Below are positions 52,724 through 64,000 of a DNA stretch of 64,000 nucleotides, one piece after another (positions within the stretch are counted from its first letter, which is position 1; every line of letters starts with the position of its first letter). Source of the DNA: Camelus dromedarius. Its lineage: Eukaryota. The DNA lies in the NCBI RefSeq assembly GCF_036321535.1, contig NC_087436.1, forward strand, positions 26,166,001-26,230,000. The letters are read 5' to 3'. The notes under the pieces are model-generated. The model saw only the letters and a program-made list of their open reading frames with translations. It did no database searches and was not told the DNA's origin. Both the position numbers and the translations under genes were made by a program.

Positions 52724-55700
52724 CTTTTATAGACGGCTGGTGGCTTGAGGGTAGCTGTACCAAACTGGGCAAGTCATACAGCTTCTTGTTTATCAGTTGC
52801 CTTGAATGTACAAATGGGTATGACCATAATTATGTACTTGACCATTACATTTTTTGAGACTGGGAGCCAATATATTGTAATCAAAATTAGATTTTACTAA
52901 TAGAGAGAGAGTTTACTAAAATACTGCTTTCATTTAGTCATGTAAAAAAAAATTTCTCAAGCACCTACTACTACAGATTCATCAGACTCAAGCCCTCTTA
53001 CTCTAAGAAGCTGTCCTTTCTTTGCTACCAAATATCACTCCCTTCAAAGGATTCCTTAGTAGCAGTCATCTGAAACTCAATTGTAGAACTTCTTTATCAA
53101 ATTTACTTTTTACAGGCAAGTTCTGATTTAGGAAGCATAATTGTAATTCCCTTGAATGCTTGAAATCTCATTTTTGTTTTTGAGGTTTTTAAGTAGAGGT
53201 TTAAAACAAACTTGTTAGTAAAAAAAATTCTAAAAAGTTCCTTTTATTAATAGCATAATTTGTTGTATAGACAAGAGAAATAACTGGAGCATCACTAGTC
53301 AACACATTGGTCCCCTAAGGAAATTATTTCTGTTGATAATATTACTGACAGCTATTATTCTAGCAGTATCTTTGATTATCCAGTCACCTATGTATGAATG
53401 TATGTATATATGGGTATATCTAAACTATATATTTATGTCTGGGGCAGCAAGTAAATAATGAAGAAAGATGGTGGACTAAGCCAATACTTCCTGTTCGAAT
53501 CACATTCTCACACACATACATACACACACAAGATATTTTAAGTGGAGAATAAATCATTTGTAGTTATGTAACAAGGAACTTATCATAATTTCTTTAAGTA
53601 GAACTTAGCCCAATATGAGTTGATGGAGAAAAACACAGCCTAAAATTTGAAAGAAAAGATGTGTAGTGTATTTTAAGTCTTAAAATTCATAGTCTATGGA
53701 TAAAGCGTATGGAGGTGTGGAATTTGGTCTGGTGATAAAGAATCTTTCCAGAGCAACAGAACTGAAAGGCTTTCCCCATACCTCCTTGGCACAGGCAGGG
53801 GCAGTAGCAGCTTCTGCCCACAATTAATGTTCTGGGACCCAAGATGTAGAAATCACTCCATATAGCTACTGTTCTCTGTAGAACTCAGAGCTATTCTAAG
53901 TTCCAAGCAAACTGTGCTGATTCATAGACACACAGAGCATGCCCACCATGTTTGTCACACAAATTATGGATTTTAGAAAAAGCATTTCTTTAGAATAAAT
54001 TGATAAAAAATAGTTGGGCTATGTAAAATGTTTACATTACTGCACTCTTTATGAAAATGTTGGTTTATTACTTTTCCTCACCATGAATTTATGCAACATA
54101 AGTAATAGACTCATTGCAATGAAGAATTTTCCACACATTCTATAGAGAATATTTTAAAGTAATTTTACTCATCAGCTATCTGATTAAACCTAGCAAGAAT
54201 ATAATCAGCCAGACTCTTGAATAAATTACACATGGCAACTTCACTGTTCTCCCAGTGCATACATAAAACTACCATTTAACATGATAACATTTGAAGTCTT
54301 TGGAAAGCAGCTGCTTTTAAAGGTTGAAATAATTCTTTAGTATTTTTCTGGTAATTTGTGTACAATTAAATTCATGTAACTTAAGCACATGCCATTTTTC
54401 TGACAAATTATTATGAAATAATATGAACAAGTATAATTCTAGGAGACATGTCCAATGAAAATACATGGAGATATTTGATTGTGTCGTTCATAATATATTT
54501 CTTAATTAAAATGAATCAAGGAAGTTTATCATAGAATGATGTACATTTTAGTAATACTCATTAGGGATAAAGTGGTTTAGAAATTTTAGATAACCTATAG
54601 CTTGAGGAATTTTAGCTTCAACCACTAGAGTCTCAATAAAGTTTAAGATTCTAGGAACATTTATAAATAATTATAAAGTTATATTACTTTAAGTTCTAAG
54701 GAGTTAGAAATTATCTACTCAATTAAAATAAGTTATTTGGCATTTTTAAAATTCTTTGTGATACTAGGGCAGATACATAAAATGTTAACATATTGAATTT
54801 TTATCTGAAACAAAATGATACTCAATTATGATACTGCTTTTATTTTTTCTTTCTAGAGTCAACTCAATTCAATACAACAAATACTTATTTAGTATATTAG
54901 TATATTAGCATGTTTATTAAGCCCTTGAGATGATAGCATACATGTAAGTCAGATATTACATGACTGTGCATAATACTGTATTGTCGGTCTCAGGTTGATG
55001 TGCAGGCAGACACACACTGCACACGTACACACACACAAAGGCATCAGCAGTAAAAAATATCTGAAAATATCCAATTCCAAAAATAATTTTATGTCACTTA
55101 TTCTGTAAGTAATTTAAGCCAAGTTATTGCCAGGACCACAAATTAGATATGTATTATTTTCGCATTTTTTTATCTTTTTCAAATTTAAATCTTCTACTGG
55201 AACATGATATAATGTATAAACAAATTAATAAATACAAAATGACTTATGTATTAAAATATATAAATGCATAAATAAATTGCATAAGTAATACTATGATTTC
55301 TTATGAGATTTATTTAATGCAGTACTCTGATTTTGGGTGTGTAAGATGTTTCCACCCATCATTGTATGTCTTTACAGTGACTCCAGTGGAAAGCAACTCA
55401 GAAAAGGGCCTTTTTTTTTTTTAAATTAATTCATAATATATTGCTAGTTTCACATTTTAGAACAATGTTACCTGTGAAGAGAAAAAGCCTACAATTTAAA
55501 ATCGAACTGAGAAGCTGTGGATACATATCTCATTGTCATAATGATACATATAAAATTTATTTTCTTATTTTGTAAAGGTTATATGTGTAGAAAAAAATGT
55601 TAATTAACAAGACTGAATGACTGATAGATTTAGGTGTATTCCTTTTACCAAATACCCTGGGCAATACTTCATTTTGATATAGAAGGAGCACAGTCTTTTC

Positions 55701-57046
55701 TGGATAGTTGTGAATTTGTATCTCTAACTAGTCAACAAATAACTGTGTCACATTGTCAAGTGGCAACTTTTAATTAGTAAATATTTTAAAATTTATACTA
55801 TCATCACTATTATAAGAAATTGATTGTATAAAGTTTAGATAAAATAGTGTTGGTTTATGTTTGTTGTCTTGGCAAAATTACTGATAACAGCTTCTTCCAC
55901 TCTGGTATGTGTCCTGGTTTGTATGGTAAATTGTACAGTCACCTTACAGACATATAATGCATGAATAACAGTTTAAGATTATTGCTGTGGGATAGACATA
56001 AGGAGGATAATGGGGAACCAGAAATAGGGACTCTGTAGATAATTTTAGGAGTATTGACCATCTGTATATCTTCTTTGGAAAAAGTCTATTCAGGTCTTCT
56101 GCCCATTTTTTGATTGGATTGTTTGTTTTTTGGTATTGAGTTTTATGAGCTTTTTGTATAATTTGGATATTAACCACTTACTGGTCATATATTTGCAAAT
56201 ATTTCTGCAAATATTTATATTCCATTCAATAGGTTGTCTTTTTATTTTGTTGACGGTTTCCTTTGCTGTGCAAAAGCTTTTACAATTAATTAGGTCCCAT
56301 TTGTTTATTTTTGGTTTTGTTTCCTTTGCCTTAGGAGACAGATCCAAAAAATATTTCTACAACTTATATCAGTGAGGGTTCTGCCTATGTTTTCTTCTAG
56401 GAGTTTTATGGTTTCTGGTCTTACATTTAAGTTTTTAATCCACTCTGAATTCGTTTTTGTATATGCTGTGAATAAATGTCTGATCTCACTCTTTTACATG
56501 CAGTTATTTTTTCCAACACCACTTATTGAGAAGACTGTCTTTTCTCTATTGTATTTTCTTGCCTCCTTTGTCATAGACTAATGGACCATGGGTTCATGGG
56601 CTTGTTTCTGGGCTATATACTGCTATATTGATCTATTTGTCTGTTTTTGTGCCAGTACTTTACTGTTTTAATTATTATAGCTTTGTAGTATAGTCTGAAG
56701 TTTGGGAGTGTGATACCTCCAGCTTTGTACTTTTTTCTCAAGATTGCTTTGGCTATTCAAAGTTGTTTTTAGTTCCATATGAATTTTAGGATTTTTTTTC
56801 TAGTTCTGTAAAAAAAAGCCATGGATATTATGATAGAGACTGCATTAAATCTGTAAATTGCTTTGGGTAGTATGGACATTTTAACAATATTACTTCTTCT
56901 AGTCCATGAATATGAAATATCTTTCCATTTTTTGGTATCATATTCAATTTCATTGGTCAGTGGTTTACAGTTTTCAAAGTATAGGTCTTTCTCATCATTA
57001 GTTAAGTTTATTCCTAGGGATTTGAGTCTTTTTAATGTGATTTAAA

Positions 57047-57506
57047 AAATTTTTTTAAATTAAAGTGTAGTTGATTTACAGTGTTAATTTAAGGTATACA
57101 ATAAAGTGATTCAGTTATACATGTACGTACATACATGTTTTCAGATTGTTTTCCATCATATATTATTACAAGAAATTGAATATAGTTTCCTGTGCTGTAT
57201 AGTAGATCCTTGTTGTTTATCTGTTTTATATATAGTAATATGTATCTATCAATCCCAAACTCCTAATTTATCCCTCCCCCACCCTTTGGTAACCATAGGT
57301 TGTTTTCTATGCCTGTGAGTCTTTTTTTTTGGTTTTTAAATAGAATTTGTATCTTTTTTTTTTTTAAGATTCCACAGATAAGTGATATCATCTGGTATCT
57401 TTCTTTCTGACTTATTTCACATAATATGATAATCACTAGGTCCATCCACGTTGCTGCAAATGGCATTCTTTAATTCTTTTTTATGGCTGAGAAAAATTCC
57501 ATTGTG

Positions 57507-57569
<63 letters not shown>

Positions 57570-57660
57570 TACATCTTTTTGGTATATGTATTTTTTTATT
57601 GAAGTATAGTCAGTTTACAATGTTGTGTATACCACATCTTTTTTATTCAGTCATCTGTTG
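57047..57660 (-). mobile_element. L1 3' end nested in the above L1, containing a (CA)n tract and a tiny extra L1 tail
   Basis: 3'UTR taaagtgtagttgatttacagtgtt; ORF 57263-57466 MPFAATWMDLVIIIL. Flanks atgtgatttaaa (57035-57046) and atgtgatgttaaa (57661-57673) resemble a TSD. Confidence 0.88.
57510..57566. repeat. (CA)n microsatellite
   Basis: Directly visible. Confidence 0.97.
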
Positions 57661-58652
57661 ATGTGATGTTAAATGGAATTGTTTTCTTGTTTTCTCTTCC
57701 TGATAGTTTATTATTAGTGTATAGAAAAGCAACAGATTTATTTATACTATTCATGTATCCTGCAACTATTCTGAATTCATTTATTAGTTATAATAGTTTT
57801 CTTGGTGGAGACTTTAGGGGTTTTTTATATATAGTATTATGTCATATGCAAACAGTGACAGATTTATGTCTACTCATTCAATGTGTATGCCTTTTATTTC
57901 TTTCTCTTGTTTTATTGATGTGGCTAGAATTTCCAATATTGTGTTAAATAGAATTGGCAAAAGTGGGCATCCTTGTCTTGCTGGTAATTTTGGAAGAAAA
58001 ACTTTTAGCTTTTCACCACTGAATATGATGTTAGCTGTGAGTTTGTCAAAAATGGCCTTCATCATTTTGAGATAGTTTCCCTTTTTTCCAACTTTGATGA
58101 GAGTTTTTGTCATGAGTAGCTGTTGAATTTTGTCTGAGTCTATTGAGATGATTATATAATTTTTATCCTTAATACTTTTTGGAATAGTTAGAGAAAGATA
58201 GATATTACTTTTTCTTTTTATGTTGAATTGAATTCCCCTGTGAGGCCATCCTGTTATGGACTTTTGCTTGCTAGGGGTTTTTTAATTACAAATTCAATTT
58301 TACTACTAGAGATTGGTTTGTTCAGATTGTCTATTTCTTCCTGATTCAGTATTGGAAGATTATATGTTTCTAGAAATGTGTCCATTTCTTCTAGGTGGTC
58401 TAATTTGTAGGCATATAATTGTTCACAGTATTCTCTTACAATTTTTTGTATCTCTGTGACAATGGGTTGTTTCCTTTTTTCCTTGATGAGCCTGGCTAAA
58501 GGCTTATGAATTTTATTTAGCTTAAAAAAAAACCAGCCCTTGATTTTATCGATATTTTCTGGTTTTTGTCTCTATTTTATTTATTTCCTCTGCTCTTTAT
58601 TATTTCCTTCTTTCTGCTGACTTTTGGCTTTGTTTGTTTTTTTCTAATTCCT

Positions 58653-59570
58653 CAAGTAGTTTTCTGGTGGCATCTTTAGGATTTTCTACATATAGTATTA
58701 TATCATCTGCAAACAGTGACAGTTTTACTTCTTCCTTTCCAATTTGGATTCCTTTTATTTCTTTCTCTTGTCTGGTTGATGTGCCTAGGACTTCCAATAC
58801 TATGGTGAAGAGAAGTGGCAAGGATGGGCATCTTTGCCTTGTTCCTAATCTTACAGGAAATGCTTTCAGCTTTTCATTGATGAATATGATGCTAGCTGTG
58901 GATTTGTCATGAATAGCTTTTATTACGTTGAGTTATGTTTCCTCTATGCTCACCTTCTGAGGAGGTTTTTATCATAAAGGAATGTTAGATTTTTATGAAA
59001 GGATCTTTCTGCATCGATTGAGATGATCATATGGTTTTTATTCTTCATTTTTAATGTGGTGTATCACATTGATTGATTTGTGGATATTGAAAAATTCTTG
59101 CATCCCTGGAATAAATCCCACTTGGTCATAGTGTATAATTCTTTTAATGTATAGTTGAATTTGATTTGCAAGTATTTTGTTGAGAATTTTTGCATTGATG
59201 TTCATCAGTGATATTGACTTGTAATTTTCTTTTCTGTGATGTCTTTGTCTGATTTTGATATCAGATGATGCTGGCCTCGTAGGGTAAGTTCTGAAGTGTT
59301 CCTTCTTCTGCAATTTTTTTGGAACAGTTTGAGAAGGAAAGCTGTTAACTCTTCTCTAAATGTTTTATAGAATTCACTTGTGAAGCCATCTGGTCCTGGA
59401 CTCTTGTTTGTTGGGAACTTTTAAATTATTGATTCAAATTCCTTACTGGTAATTGGTATGTTCATATTTTCTACTTCTTCTTAGTTCAGTGTTGGGAGAT
59501 TATACCTTTCTAAGAAATTGCCTATTTCTTCTAGGTTGTCCATTTTGTTGGCAAATAGTTGTTCATAGAT
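58653..59570 (-). mobile_element. Second L1 RT-domain fragment
   Basis: ORFs 58600-58821 ([18 protein letters not shown]) and 59038-59313 ([32 protein letters not shown]). Confidence 0.93.
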
Positions 59571-59574
59571 AGCA

Positions 59575-60045
59575 TGCATGTACCGTTGATATGGTAAGAT
59601 GAGAACGAATGGAACTTTACCTCTGATTTTCCTCCCCCAAACCACGTAAGCCTTGTCTAATACTGAGAAAAAAATATCACACCAACCCAAACTGAAGGAC
59701 AGTCTATAAAATACTTTTATCAGTACTCCTTTAAACAGCTAAGGTTATCCAAAAGTCTGAGAAAATTTTATGGAGACATGATGACTAAATATAATGTTGC
59801 ATCTTGAGTAGGATTCTGGAACAAAAAAAAAAAAAACACATTATCTAAAAGCTAAGGAAATTCATATTAAATATGAACTTAATAATAGTGTATAAATATT
59901 AGTTCATTAGTATGACAAACATACCATAATGAGATATGATGTTAATTGGGAAAGCTGGAAGGTGGAGTATATAGGAACTTTGTACTAACTTTGTAACTTG
60001 TCTATAATCTAAAACTGTTCTAAAATAAAATTTTATTTTAAAAAA
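59575..60045 (+). mobile_element. Old L1 3'UTR end (L1MC/L1MD-like)
   Basis: actttacctctgattttcctccc..ggagacatgatgactaaatataatg..ggattctggaacaaaa..taatctaaaactgttctaaaataaaa. Confidence 0.85.
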
Positions 60046-61052
60046 GAACAAAATGATACAGGAATACTATTAAAACCCTTCTGTAATTTCAAAAGGGGTA
60101 AAAACAATTGTGTTCCCTGGTGAATTATTTTGTGTTTTGCATCTATGAACACATAATTTCCTCTCAAATATTTTTGATAAAAATTAGTACATTCAGAGGT
60201 TAAATACTATCAGTAATAAACTAGGAAAAGGTATATGCACATGTAGTTTCTTTCTCTGTTTAAATGTGGTTTTAAGAAAAATCTGCAGGATGATTTATAC
60301 AATAAAGAAGACAATATTATTGAGATATGTTTTTAAAGTTAAAATGGGTTTGCTTGTTTTTTTGCTCAAGGCTTGATCAAAATATATCATTTTATTCTTT
60401 AGCAGAACATATTGTATTTAATTCAAAATACTTTTTTTTTTGGCTCTTTTGACTTACACAACTCATATGTGATGCTAATTTTCCTGCACAACAGCCATGT
60501 TGTAAGAAGAATACTACTTCTCCTGCATTGCAAACACGTCACAGCTGAGAGATGTAAAATATGGTACACAATTAAAAGTTTTATCAAAGTAAAATAAATA
60601 CGTATCAAAGTAAAATAAATTCGAAGATTTGGGTCATACTTTTATTCTGTGAATAATTCTAAAATATTCTTATATTTCCTTATAAAGATCTTTTACTATT
60701 AAAATTCAAACATTAATTTGTTGCTGTTTCAGCAAAAAGCATAGAGATTTAGTGTACAATGGCAAAGAATTGAAAAGTAGATTCAATGATACATGTGTAA
60801 AGTGAATTTATTTTTTCCGTGAAATAATTGAGTGAAATTTGTTGCACACACACCAACACATATGAATATATATAATTTTTGATAGTCATTATGCCTTTAT
60901 CTAAAAAAAAAAAAAAAGACAAACCTAATGTTAATGTAAACTACAGGGTTTATGTGAGTTTATTTGTTTTTTAAAGATATCCCTACTGGGATTTGGGGGC
61001 AAGTATAACTTTGTGGAAGTACAAGAATGCATCTACAGTCTACTTTGAAAAT

Positions 61053-61548
61053 TGTAGAGAGCAGTTTTCTTGATCTGCATGTAAATACCAGAAAAACAGC
61101 ACTTAAATATAGAGGGTTTTATGTTTATAACTTGAAAAGTTGGAATGCAAGCAGTCCAGAGGTGATGCAGTAGCCCAGTGAAGTAAAAAATACCTCAAGA
61201 CTTTTCTATATTACCAGTTCATCATTTTTAATGTTGATTTTTCATTCTCATGTCTGCAAGAATTTCCCTTGCAGAAAGAAAAGTTAAGTAGGAAAAGATT
61301 AAAGAGGCCAGCTACACAAGCCAGTACCCCTTTAAAAGGCTTTCAAAGAGCAACCTCTCCCACCCCACTCTACTCCTGTGACTGTCATTTATGGCAGTGT
61401 TAAGGCCAGTGTCACACAGACACTTCTAACTATAAAGGAAGCAGGTGCCCAGGTATTGTCACTGAAAGTAAAAATTAAATCATCATTCTCATAGTAAAGA
61501 AAATGGGGAGAAGAGATATGGGATAGGTAACTACCAGTATCTGCCACA
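61053..61548 (-). mobile_element. MaLR solo LTR (MLT1I/J-like)
   Basis: gcagtccagaggtg..ccctttaaaaggctttc..gtcacacagacacttctaactataaagga..agtaaagaaaatggggagaagagatatgggataggtaactaccagtatctgccaca. Confidence 0.7.
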
Positions 61549-61598
61549 GTAAGTATCTCTGAAAGAGAGCACTATAGTTCAAGGGATGCATCCATGAA

Positions 61599-61908
61599 TT
61601 TTTTTTTGAGATATAATTATGTATAATATATAAGTTTCAGGTGAACAACATAATGATTTGATATGTGTATTCATTGTGAAATGATCACCACAATAAGTCT
61701 AGTTAACAAACATTACCATATATAGTTACACACTTATTTCTTGTGATGAGAACTTTCAAGATCTAATCTTTTAGCAACTCTCAAATATACAATACAGAAT
61801 TATTGACTGTAGTCACCGCGCTGTGCATTACAATCCATGACTTCTTTATTTTATAATGGAAGTTTACTCTTTTTGACCACCTTCACCCATTTTGCCCAAT
61901 CCTCAATC
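61599..61908 (-). mobile_element. L1 3' end (L1MA9-like)
   Basis: tttgagatataatt..ttgtgaaatgatcaccacaataagtctagttaac..tgatgagaactttcaagatcta..ttagcaactctcaaatatacaatacag..ttgaccaccttcacccatttt. Confidence 0.9.
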
Positions 61909-64000
61909 CTGTGAACTTCTAATGGCTCTCAATATCCAAACCAATGTTGTTCAAATTTTCTCAAAGTTAGTGTTGCATTAATAATTTATGAGGCTATATC
62001 CCAGAAATTGGGATATGTACTTTAGATACATTTACTCATTTAATCCTTCCAGAAAACAAACTATGATTTAAGACAGTTAAGGACACTGAAACTAAGAAGT
62101 CAAATAGGATAATTTGTAAGTAAGATAATTAGTAGGGAGATAATCCAAAAGTCATACTTAAATTATCTGAGATGTAAGCTCATTGAGTATCTGGAGATAA
62201 GAATTGTTACAACTATTCTCAAATTCTTTGAAACACATGATACTTATATTGTTTTTAGTTGAGGGCAAAAAAAAGAAGTCCTAAGCAAAGGAAAAGCACA
62301 TGTGGGAAGGCATGCACAAGAAGAGGCCACAGAAAGAATTGCCCTGAGGAATTTGACTATGTCTATAGCGAGAAAGTTCATGTCTTTAAAATCATTAATG
62401 CAAACATTTTTCTCTTATCCAGTTTGGTTGAACTTTGTAGACTTAAAAACTCCTAAAAGTTAACTTTTCGAAAATCTAGTTTCCAGTTTTCATAATGAGG
62501 CCCTTCAGAAGCCATTTAGTTATGGAATATGATATTTGGATTTAAAGAAACATTGAACAGTTTAAATTTCCTCAGATATCAGTGTTTTACTCTCGTATAC
62601 TTACACAAAAGTCTAGGTAAATTTGACTTGAAGTCAGAATTTATCATATTTTTGCTTCTTTATAAGTTGAAGATAGCTAAAGTATTAGAAAATTATGGAT
62701 ATACTATGTCATTTTTATTTTATTTATAGTACTGTAGGAAAACTCTTCAAGATACTGTTTTATTCGTATTTCAATGAAATTAAAATAAATGTGATAATAC
62801 ATTTCAAAAGAAATTAAAATTCTTTCAATGTAATTTTTCTCAGTCTAACTTTTATGCCTTTTATTTACAAGATATTTAAGCAGTAGGAGTAGAATTACAT
62901 TTTAGAGAGTAATAAGATTTTTTACATTTCCCCTTTAAAAAAAAATGCCATCCACTGGAAAAAAAATTGAATGAATGAAAGAAACGTTTCTGAGAACACA
63001 AGGACTGAAATCACACCAGCTACCATATTACTTTGCCAGCTTCTGAATAAGCAGTAAGAGATGAGAGTAAGCACTATGCTATTGGCTAATAGGACAATAG
63101 AGAAATCCGGTACATTTTCTTTTTACTTTTCAAAACTTGCAGAGAGCTGAAGTAATTAATTACCTCTCCATTTTCAGTTAGCTGTTGATTCCTCAACCTG
63201 CACGTATACTTATTTCAAGATCAATATTCTGAGTACAGATTTAATTGTATATCCTGACATTCCCCATTCTAGTTATATTTTAAAATAATGAAAAATGGTA
63301 ACATAGACTTTTGTATTAAATAAACTTTGACAAGCACAGTAATTTTCCTAGTAGAGACTAAGTGTTTTCATTCCATACCTCTTCTATCAAGATGGTTAAC
63401 AAAATAGAGTGCTTAGATTTTCTTCCAGCTTTTTAAAAAATTACACACAGACACCGACACACAGATCCTTTATGTTTTAACTAACAAGCCTGCCATATAG
63501 CTTATCAATAAAAATAAAACTGGATATGCAACTTGTTTTTCAGTATTTAAACCAGTATATGATGCAGAAACAAAAGTACTTGTTTACAATGAAAGCAAAG
63601 AACATTACTCTTAATTGTATTGTCAATCTTGAAAAAGGAAGAACTACTTAGTACCAAATAGTTCTAGTGGACCTAGAGATTTAGGTCCAGAACCTGTTTC
63701 CTTAAAGTAATGTAAAAATCATAGGTATCTGGATTTCTTATACCTAATTAGTGAGGCCATAAAATTTACCAGTAGAGGAGAGTCTTTTAACCAAACAAAT
63801 ACATTGAGGCTTATATCCTCTTGTAAATATTTTCATTTATTTGTTCCCAATATAGTGTTTTGATATTTTTAATAACTAATCTAATCTTAATTAGATTAGG
63901 GTCTAATGTTAATCCCCTGCAGATTTTATATACTCTAGGAAATGTGCCTTTAACTTAATGTTATTTTCATTAAAGATAGCATAAAGTCATGCTTGAGTAA

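Larger units (their letters stand above)
56053..58652 (-). mobile_element. L1 ORF2 fragment (host element), interrupted at about 57047-57660
   Basis: Minus-strand ORFs 56090-56347 ([22 protein letters not shown]) and 57874-58113 (RQGCPLLPILFNTILEILA). Collinear across the insertion. Confidence 0.92.

Noticed and set aside
53460..53960. Possible old L1 5' end or promoter (aagatggtggactaag)
   Set aside because: Only a short motif resemblance, with no CpG enrichment or further support.
23401..58912. Recurrent hydrophobic plus-strand ORFs resembling each other (23401, 30099, 57839, 58634) as a membrane-protein family
   Set aside because: All are antisense translations of the same L1 RT segment in different copies.
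1..64000. CRISPR array, operon, prokaryotic-type defence system or other novel multi-gene system
   Set aside because: No regularly spaced repeat-spacer array and no long intact ORFs; the content is typical mammalian repeat-rich non-coding DNA.

Overview
AT-rich, strongly CpG-depleted mammalian genomic DNA made largely of decayed interspersed repeats. No intact protein-coding gene, RNA gene or CRISPR array is supported. The ORFs in the track that resemble real proteins are L1 ORF2 remnants; the rest are antisense-L1, low-complexity or chance ORFs. Two tRNA-derived SINEs (17657-17824 and 33843-34000) match my recollection of the camelid Vic-1 family, so the source is probably a camelid (inference). 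Repeat content: many L1 copies of several ages, L2, L3/CR1, MIR, MaLR and ERVL solo LTRs (MLT1, MLT2, LTR16), a probable ERV1 solo LTR, a two-LTR ERVL provirus remnant (32269-36729) with nested insertions, a MER82/Tigger element and microsatellites. The most notable structures are a twin-primed (5'-inverted) L1 with a perfect 15-bp TSD inside an LTR16, an internal duplication of an RT segment in the ERVL provirus, nested and rearranged L1s, a 29-bp near-palindrome in repeat-free DNA, and a few speculative exon-like segments. I found no previously undescribed biological system. Family and subfamily names come from remembered consensus sequences, not a database search. Boundaries not anchored by a TSD are approximate.
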